From: a virus
Taxonomy: Duplodnaviria > Heunggongvirae > Uroviricota > Caudoviricetes
Strand: one strand, 5' to 3'
IMG/VR virus record: IMGVR_UViG_3300038530_001701
DNA length: 64,000 nucleotides
Shown in pieces: positions 30,070-35,733 of this stretch. The first letter of the stretch is position 1; each line of letters opens with the position of its first letter. The notes beneath the pieces are model-generated. The model saw only the letters and a list, made by a program, of their open reading frames with translations. It made no database searches and was not told where the DNA came from. A program made the position numbers and the translations under genes.

Positions 30070-30395
30070 ACAAATTTACCTCTTATTGCGTCCCAAGACC
30101 TTACAATAGTTTCAGGCTCGTCGTCAACCCAAATGTCAACCTCGATACCTTCTTCTCTCATAAACTCAGCCTTACCTTTGTGACCTGTGAAGTATACCTT
30201 GTAACCTTTTTCTTTAAGGAAATCAAGGTCTTCTGGAGCTACATGAGACTTCCTGTATGTTACCACAATTACATGCCAATTGAAATGCTCGAATACTTCC
30301 ATCACACTTGTAAAAAGATGTGGATGGTCACTAATTGTTTGGTCGAAATCGAAGGCTATTGTCTTAGGTCTCGACAGATTTTCAGTTCCATACAT
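30066..30395 (-). CDS. small HAD-superfamily phosphatase-like protein
   Basis: Likely start MYGTENLSRPK at 30395 (GGAGGA RBS); HAD motif I FDFDQT; N-terminus encoded by repeat copy. Confidence 0.45.
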   Translation of the reverse strand: MYGTENLSRPKTIAFDFDQTISDHPHLFTSVMEVFEHFNWHVIVVTYRKSHVAPEDLDFLKEKGYKVYFTGHKGKAEFMREEGIEVDIWVDDEPETIVRSWDAIRGKFV

Positions 30396-30428
30396 AGAAA
30401 AATCCTCCCTAAAGTATATGTACATCGA

Positions 30429-30458
30429 AGTATACACACACTCGGGGAGGATTGTCAA
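30429..30458 (-). promoter_or_regulatory. sigma70-like promoter for leftward (minus-strand) module
   Basis: On minus strand TTGACA-18 nt-TATACT about 35 nt upstream of the ATG at 30395. Confidence 0.5.
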
Positions 30459-30688
30459 TAAGTTCTCGACAGATTTTTATAGAATACCTTTTATGGGTAC
30501 AAAGATACCCAATCTGGTTTTTCACGGTTAGTCCATTCAACTCTCATAGGACGTTCACGACTACGCCATTCTACAAGAAAAGTTGCAGGATAGTAGAATA
30601 TCTGTACAATAATTGCAAGTATTCTTTCACAATAATTCTCCAATAACCTATAGATATTAATAGATAGTAGAAGATAGTAAATTAACCT

Positions 30689-30708
30689 TATAGAATATCT
30701 ATAGAATA
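30689..30708. promoter_or_regulatory. direct TATAGAATA repeats (half-sites of ATTCTATAGAAT palindrome) in divergent control region
   Basis: ccTTATAGAATAtcTATAGAATAc between divergent promoters; same palindrome family recurs at 63379 and 63435. Confidence 0.45.
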
Positions 30709-30783
30709 CTTACAAGGTTATTGTAAGGATAGGATAGCATGGCTACTCGCCTGCTGTCAAGCTTAGATTCTAGAAAAATTTAC

Positions 30784-30812
30784 TTGACACCTACCTTTGT
30801 TGTGCTTACAAT
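30784..30812 (+). promoter_or_regulatory. sigma70-like promoter for rightward early region
   Basis: TTGACA-17 nt-TACAAT, 35 nt upstream of ATG 30848. Confidence 0.6.
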
Positions 30813-30847
30813 GTGCACACATTGAGAGAACACAAGGAGATTATTTT

Positions 30848-31075
30848 ATGTTGCTTAACAAAGGTGATGCGTTCGTTCTCACCAAAGACTACCTTGCACT
30901 TGATGCAGGTACTGTGTGTCTTTGTGAGGAATCTGAGGCAGACACAGATGCAGAGTTTTGTATTTTCGCTGCAACACCTATTGGACTTCTACTAGTGCCT
31001 TGTGACAGTATTCGTGCTTACACAGTGGAAGATCACATAAAGTTTATGGAGGTTTACAATGAGTCTGCACAATGA
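30848..31075 (+). CDS. hypothetical early protein
   Basis: ATG with AAGGAG RBS 8 nt upstream (start inside listed ORF 30797..31075). Confidence 0.45.
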   Translation: MLLNKGDAFVLTKDYLALDAGTVCLCEESEADTDAEFCIFAATPIGLLLVPCDSIRAYTVEDHIKFMEVYNESAQ

Positions 31076-31328
31076 GATTATGAACATCCCATGCAAGACA
31101 GGTGATCCACGTTTTATGTCTATGGCAGAGGAAGCTAACCAGTATCAATACAAAGAAGGTCACCGTGATGCTCGTCATGCTGCTGCTGAATTATCTCTAA
31201 AGTATGAACGTGCCTTAGAACAGGCTATGGAAGCCCTCAAGGAAATTGTAAGGGGTGGTTCTGATTATGATTCTCATTACTGTGAGTTGAGTCTGAAAGG
31301 GATTGAAAATATTTTAAAAGATGGTTGA
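31059..31328 (+). CDS. hypothetical protein
   Basis: 89-aa ORF translationally coupled to previous. Confidence 0.4.
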   Translation: MSLHNEIMNIPCKTGDPRFMSMAEEANQYQYKEGHRDARHAAAELSLKYERALEQAMEALKEIVRGGSDYDSHYCELSLKGIENILKDG

Positions 31329-31478
31329 CACAAGTAGAAGTAATCAGTAAACTGTAATTCCAGTGTTGAGAAACACTTTCTAGAAACTTTAACCACTAGC
31401 GGAGGGTAGCTCTATGTAACACTTAAATCCTAAACTTTTTAAGACTAAATAGAGACTAGATAAAATTAGAAATTAGAG

Positions 31479-31507
31479 TTGACAAAATAGCGAGGGTCAC
31501 ATACAAT
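31479..31507 (+). promoter_or_regulatory. sigma70-like promoter
   Basis: TTGACA-17 nt-TACAAT upstream of 31545. Confidence 0.6.
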
Positions 31508-31544
31508 TTGGCCCTCGTTTCTAAAAACAGGTGGAGGAAAATTT

Positions 31545-32513
31545 ATGGAAAATGTGAAAAAAGGTTGGTCTACAGGTAAGATCGTTGGATGGGTAGGTGT
31601 CGGTATTATGTCCCTATTCCTTCTGGTTGCTGGTCTGAGTTCGTTCTATGTTCTTGAAGAATATGAGCGTGGTGTTGTTACTCGTCTCGGTAATGTAAGC
31701 CATGTGGCTACTCCCGGTCTGAATTGGAAGGTGCCATTCGTTGACTCTGTACATGTTGCCGATACTCGTGTAGAATCATTCTCACGTAACCAATCGGTAG
31801 GTACAAAGGATGGTCAGGCTTTTGAGAATGTGAACTTCACATTTACTCATAAAATCTTGACAGACAGTGATAGTATCCTTAAACTGTATGAACAGTTTGG
31901 GCCTAACTTTGACTACGAAGGTCGGGTACTTTCTGCACTAGCACTTGATCGAGCTAAGGCTGTAGTTGGTCAGTATCCTATGGAAGAATTCATGCCCAAA
32001 CGTGAAGAAATCCGTATGAAAGCTTTTAACGCTGTTCGTGAGGCTGCTGAACAATATGGCGTAACTGTTCAAGAAGTTCAATTGGCTGATGTGCAGTTCT
32101 CTAGCAAGTATAAGGCTCGTTTGGAACAGGTAGCTGCTGCTCGTGCAAGAGCTGAAGAAGCTAAACAGCAAGAACGTGAAGCTGCGTTTGTAGCTGCAAA
32201 AGAGGTTGAGCTTGCTCGTGGTCGTGCTGAAGCCAAAGAACGGGCTGCTGATGCTCAGGCTTATCAGACTCGTGTAGAGTCTACTGAGACTGCTGCTGCT
32301 ATTCAGCGAGAGGGTGAGGCCAAGGCTGCTGCTCTTAAGGCTCAGGCAAGCGTTCTGGCTAATTCTAAGGGACTTGTAGAGTTTACTCAGGCTGAAGCTA
32401 TGAAGAATTGGGATGGTAAGTTTAACCCCAACGTAGCAATGTTTGGCGGTGATGGTGGTGGAGCAGGTCTGCTTCCTTTCCTAAACGTGAGTGATCAAAT
32501 CTCAAAAAAGTAA
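31545..32513 (+). CDS. SPFH / band-7 (prohibitin-HflK-like) membrane protein with Ala-rich coiled-coil C-terminus
   Basis: N-terminal TM helix then YVLEEYERGVVTRLG..PGLNWKVPFVDSV matching SPFH-domain start; long Ala/Glu/Lys C-terminal coiled coil. Confidence 0.65.
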   Translation: MENVKKGWSTGKIVGWVGVGIMSLFLLVAGLSSFYVLEEYERGVVTRLGNVSHVATPGLNWKVPFVDSVHVADTRVESFSRNQSVGTKDGQAFENVNFTFTHKILTDSDSILKLYEQFGPNFDYEGRVLSALALDRAKAVVGQYPMEEFMPKREEIRMKAFNAVREAAEQYGVTVQEVQLADVQFSSKYKARLEQVAAARARAEEAKQQEREAAFVAAKEVELARGRAEAKERAADAQAYQTRVESTETAAAIQREGEAKAAALKAQASVLANSKGLVEFTQAEAMKNWDGKFNPNVAMFGGDGGGAGLLPFLNVSDQISKK

Positions 32514-32524
32514 TTGAGAAGCCC

Positions 32525-32553
32525 TTGACACAAAAGCCCTGTAGAGGTATGCT
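32525..32553 (+). promoter_or_regulatory. sigma70-like promoter
   Basis: TTGACA-17 nt-TATGCT upstream of 32589. Confidence 0.55.
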
Positions 32554-32588
32554 TTGCAGGGCAAATCGAAACAAAGGAGAATGGAATT

Positions 32589-32834
32589 ATGGCATTTGGA
32601 AAAAGTAAACAACCAAAGACTGTAGCTCAGATTACTCAGGGTCTTCAAACAATGTTGGATGATCTGAGTGTAGCTGAAGCACAGTTTCAAGAAAAACAAC
32701 GCAAAAACGAGGAAGAAATTGCTCGTCGCGCTGCTGAAAACAAGGACATTGAATCTGAACTAAAAACCAATGGCCGTGTCTCTGCAAAATTCAAAGAACT
32801 TTTGGGTATGGAGGTTGACAAAGATGGCGAATGA
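32589..32834 (+). CDS. hypothetical protein
   Basis: 81-aa ORF with RBS. Confidence 0.45.
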   Translation: MAFGKSKQPKTVAQITQGLQTMLDDLSVAEAQFQEKQRKNEEEIARRAAENKDIESELKTNGRVSAKFKELLGMEVDKDGE

Positions 32835-33171
32835 TCCTACAATGGAAGAAATCCTAGCAGCAATGCAGGAATTTACAGGTCAGGCATCTGCTGGTGGTGG
32901 TTCACTTGAGCAGTATCGGGAGATTCTTCCGATTCTTTTCAAAGAAGGTGATATTGCTACTGAAATGCTTGACGAAGTAGTTGAGAAGTTTGGGCCTAAG
33001 CTTGGTGAATACCTTGACAAAATCCGTGAGTTTATGGTTAAAGGTCAGGTCAACACTTACAAACAGTTGACTGAAGGTGGCATTTCACCGGATAATGCAA
33101 TTCGCCTGATGATTCATCAGCAAGATGTTTTGAATCAAGCTTTCAAGAATATCGAAATTAGTCGAAAATAA
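32824..33171 (+). CDS. hypothetical protein
   Basis: Likely start MANDPT at 32824 (overlaps previous stop); 116 aa. Confidence 0.45.
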   Translation: MANDPTMEEILAAMQEFTGQASAGGGSLEQYREILPILFKEGDIATEMLDEVVEKFGPKLGEYLDKIREFMVKGQVNTYKQLTEGGISPDNAIRLMIHQQDVLNQAFKNIEISRK

Positions 33172-33247
33172 TACTTGACTTAGGTTGCCTACAGCACTTA
33201 AAATACTTCAACGGTAAAGTAAGAGCAACCTGATAGTAGGAGATTAT

Positions 33248-33718
33248 ATGGAAATTGGTGATTTATTTGTTGCAACAAGACCTATTGTTAATGGATTAGG
33301 TTGTGTAAGTGCAGGTAAAGTCTTTAAGTTGGTAGAAATTCTTAAATCACAACCTTGGTATCATGCCCCCATCTACAGATTTGACCACAAAGATAGTCGT
33401 ATGGTATTCTCTACATTCTATCCTGAGAAGTGGTTTGAAGCTATGGGCGTTAACGCAAGTCAAGAACAAAAGAAGGAGAAAATTATGTACGAACAAATGA
33501 AACGAGCATTGAAATTGAAACGTGGTGAGCATATTGTTGGTAGTATCGACAAGCAAACTGGTTCGTTGAGCTTTTCAACTAATCCTAGTAACCACGGTAC
33601 AAGCTTCCACAAGGCTTTGGCAGAAGCTAAACGTCTTGCAGGTATTGAGACAGGTAAGAAATTTGTAGTAGTTGAAGTAAAAGCTATTGCATCTGCTGTC
33701 GATATCGTGGTAGAGTAA
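33248..33718 (+). CDS. hypothetical protein
   Basis: 156-aa ORF, RBS ggag. Confidence 0.45.
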   Translation: MEIGDLFVATRPIVNGLGCVSAGKVFKLVEILKSQPWYHAPIYRFDHKDSRMVFSTFYPEKWFEAMGVNASQEQKKEKIMYEQMKRALKLKRGEHIVGSIDKQTGSLSFSTNPSNHGTSFHKALAEAKRLAGIETGKKFVVVEVKAIASAVDIVVE

Positions 33719-33742
33719 CACAATCAAGTCCTCTACGGAGGG

Positions 33743-33864
33743 CTTATTGAAAGATAGCCTGTGGCCCTGCAAACTGACTACAAAACTTGAGCGGGGTATG
33801 TGGTTAGCTCTGAGTCAGCAGAGAAAGGTAGCCCAATCTGCCTCTCAGGCTGTCTTTCAATAAG
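33743..33864 (+). ncRNA. ~120-nt structured element closed by a 19-bp inverted repeat (cttattgaaagatagcctg / caggctgtctttcaataag)
   Basis: Near-perfect 19-bp IR (one G-U) enclosing GC-rich internal hairpins; non-coding; first element of the structured-RNA cluster. Confidence 0.3.
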
Positions 33865-33868
33865 TTTT

Positions 33869-33925
33869 AGGATGATTACAGCAATTTATACACTAGACTC
33901 TTAATCTAACCAGTATATTCATCCT
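33869..33925 (+). ncRNA. minimal hairpin carrying conserved UUACAGCAAU motif
   Basis: aggatga-...-tcatcct 7-bp closing helix; motif ttacagcaat immediately 3' of the 5' arm as in elements A-D. Confidence 0.35.
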
Positions 33926-34096
33926 GTATAAATAGACTTTACTTTTCAACTGCTTTAGGGTACTCTGAGAATCCTAATGGGAACCGTCAGAGATAGTTAG
34001 CATAGGTTTGAAGATTGATCACTTCAAGAACTACCAAGCCCTGACAAATTCTAGATAACTGTCGATAAAAACAAAGCAGTTGAAAAGTAAAGTCTT

Positions 34097-34192
34097 AGAA
34101 TGTGTCCAGCAAACTAAAAATTTTTCCGCCGAAATTGGAAACGAAGGGTTCGACTCCCCCGTACTAGGCTAGTGGTAGCCGAAAGACATTCT
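34097..34192 (+). ncRNA. Y-RNA-like / tRNA-mimic element A (degenerate)
   Basis: Closing helix agaatgt/acattct; variant motif gtccagcaaact; T-loop-like ttcgact; D-arm-like ggc-tagtggtag-cc. Confidence 0.4.
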
Positions 34193-34215
34193 GTTTAATA
34201 AATGAGGAGACAATC

Positions 34216-34674
34216 ATGAGTAAGATTCTTGAACAAATTAAAAAAGATCGCTTGCAAGCACGTAAAGATCGTGATACCTTTACTGCTGTAACACTGACAA
34301 CTCTGCTTGGTGAAGCATCACCTTCAGGTAACGATACTATCAGCGATAAGGAAGTTCAGAAAGTGATTGAAAAGTTTGCAAAGAACCAGCGTTCAATGCT
34401 TGCTCATGATCTTTCAACACTTCAGCGTAGTGAAATCAACCGAGAGTTGAAGATTTACGAAAAGTATTTGCCAAAGCAGTTGACAGAGGATGAGATTAAG
34501 CGTATTCTCTGCACTGAATACACAGTATATGTGGATGGAAATGGTAAAGGAAACCTTAACGTAGGCTCTGTCATGCGTTATCTGTCTAGCAACTATGCTG
34601 GACAATACGATGGTAAGGTGGCAAGTAAGGTTGCAAAAGAATTTGTTGACAGCATCGGCAACGGTGTGGTTTAA
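34216..34674 (+). CDS. hypothetical protein
   Basis: 152-aa ORF with strong RBS (aggag), between structured RNA elements. Confidence 0.45.
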   Translation: MSKILEQIKKDRLQARKDRDTFTAVTLTTLLGEASPSGNDTISDKEVQKVIEKFAKNQRSMLAHDLSTLQRSEINRELKIYEKYLPKQLTEDEIKRILCTEYTVYVDGNGKGNLNVGSVMRYLSSNYAGQYDGKVASKVAKEFVDSIGNGVV

Positions 34675-34682
34675 TAAGCTTT

Positions 34683-34790
34683 AGGTTCACTTACAGCAAT
34701 AACTTACTAAAGCCAATCGGGAGGGTTAGGTTCGATTCCTAAATAGGTAGTGTAGTGGTAGCACGCCCGACAAAAAGTAAATGTGAACCT
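34683..34790 (+). ncRNA. Y-RNA-like / tRNA-mimic element B
   Basis: 8-bp closing helix aggttcac/gtgaacct; bulge ttacagcaataa; ttact/agtaa helix; tcggg/cccga helix; canonical T-arm ttagg-TTCGATT-cctaa; D-arm gtg-tagtggtag-cac. Confidence 0.5.
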
Positions 34791-34820
34791 GCTCTAATTT
34801 AAACTAAGGAGGTATCAACC

Positions 34821-35150
34821 ATGAACGAACAAATAAGTCTAGAAGGTTTCAAGAAATTTGTTTCAGAACAACCTGAAGGTGAATCGATTGATCATTGGGG
34901 TGGTGGCTGGTGTTCTTGTGCAGTCGGTGCCTATGTTAAAACAACCCTTGGAAAACCTGTTGACAAATCTTGGGATGATGAGGTACAGTACGTATCAAAG
35001 TCGTTCATGAGAGACACTGATAAGGTTCCCTCTGGTTTAGAGAGACTTCTTGCAAACGCTGACCAAGCCACTTATAAGTGTCCAACATACGGAGCTTTGA
35101 ACAAACTACTGGAAAAATATACAGTAGTAGAGGAATTTGAAGTAAGTTAA
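34821..35150 (+). CDS. hypothetical protein
   Basis: 109-aa ORF with RBS aaggagg. Confidence 0.45.
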   Translation: MNEQISLEGFKKFVSEQPEGESIDHWGGGWCSCAVGAYVKTTLGKPVDKSWDDEVQYVSKSFMRDTDKVPSGLERLLANADQATYKCPTYGALNKLLEKYTVVEEFEVS

Positions 35151-35155
35151 GAATT

Positions 35156-35286
35156 AGATTGATTACAGCAATCCTACTATTCCATCCAAAGGACGAGACG
35201 CCGTGTTCGATTCCGGCACTCCCCGCCAATTAAACTATGTTATGGGGAGTTGGTGTAGTGGCAGCACACGTAAGTAATATCAATCT
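35156..35286 (+). ncRNA. Y-RNA-like / circularly permuted tRNA-like element C
   Basis: Closing helix agattgat/atcaatct; bulge tacagcaatcc; T-loop ttcgatt; acceptor-like 7/7 complementarity actcccc (3') ... ggggagt (5') with encoded discriminator+CCA (gCCA); D-arm gtg-tagtggcag-cac. Confidence 0.55.
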
Positions 35287-35305
35287 GTTGAACTAGGAGC
35301 TTATT

Positions 35306-35524
35306 ATGAAAAAATTGACTGTAGAGGTTTATGAAATTCACGAAAAACTGCCGGAATATGAGTGTGAGAATGTTTTGGTATTCACAAGTCATTTTCTAAA
35401 AGGTGTAGACGCATTTTATCAAGATGGCAAGTTTTGGTTGGATGATGAACTTGATACGTTTTTCAAGGAAGATACAATAATTGGTTGGTGTTATTACCCA
35501 AAAAAGGAACAAATTATTAAATAA
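35306..35524 (+). CDS. hypothetical protein
   Basis: 72-aa ORF with RBS. Confidence 0.4.
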   Translation: MKKLTVEVYEIHEKLPEYECENVLVFTSHFLKGVDAFYQDGKFWLDDELDTFFKEDTIIGWCYYPKKEQIIK

Positions 35525-35529
35525 GTTTT

Positions 35530-35658
35530 AGATTCACTACAGCAATTCTTACTAATGGGGACTGAAGGTCGCTGGTTCGAATCCAGCCCTGCCGCCCAAC
35601 TAACGATATGCGGCGGGTAGCTCAGTGGTAGAGCGTCAGTATAAAGTAATGTGAATCT
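35530..35658 (+). ncRNA. Y-RNA-like / circularly permuted tRNA-like element D (best-formed)
   Basis: Order 5'->3': closing helix agattcac (pairs gtgaatct at 35651); bulge tacagcaattc; ttact/agtaa; anticodon-stem-like actga (pairs tcagt at 35636); variable aggtc; perfect T-arm gctgg-TTCGAAT-ccagc; acceptor 3' cctgccg + c + CCA; 12-nt linker; acceptor 5' cggcggg; ta; D-arm gctc-agtggta-gagc. Confidence 0.6.
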
Positions 35659-35672
35659 GTTAAATAAAAGTT

Positions 35673-35705
35673 TGCTTACAGCACAAAATTTTGCTAAAGT
35701 AAGCA
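35673..35705 (+). ncRNA. small hairpin containing the TTACAGCA motif just upstream of the vWA gene RBS
   Basis: tgcttac-agcacaaaattttgctaaa-gtaagca, 7-bp stem. Confidence 0.3.
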
Positions 35706-35733
35706 TTATCGCAAACTGAAAGGAGGAAACAAT

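Larger units (their letters stand above)
29834..30480. repeat. cluster of 4-5 copies of dispersed 18-bp repeat GGTCTCGACAGATTTTCA (copies at 29834, 30039, 30367, 30462; degenerate copy 29863)
   Basis: Direct reading of sequence; same orientation; each copy at or just upstream of a minus-strand gene start. Confidence 0.8.

Noticed and set aside
34097-35658. Interpretation of the T-loop/D-loop elements as ordinary tRNA genes or as tRNA genes split by ORF-containing group I introns
   Set aside because: T-arm and acceptor 3' strand come before the acceptor 5' strand and D-arm. The 5' half pairs with the 3' half that lies 12-19 nt upstream of it, not with the next one downstream. No colinear cloverleaf can be drawn, and spacing rules out two abutting tRNAs. 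No group-I P7/P3 consensus was recognised.
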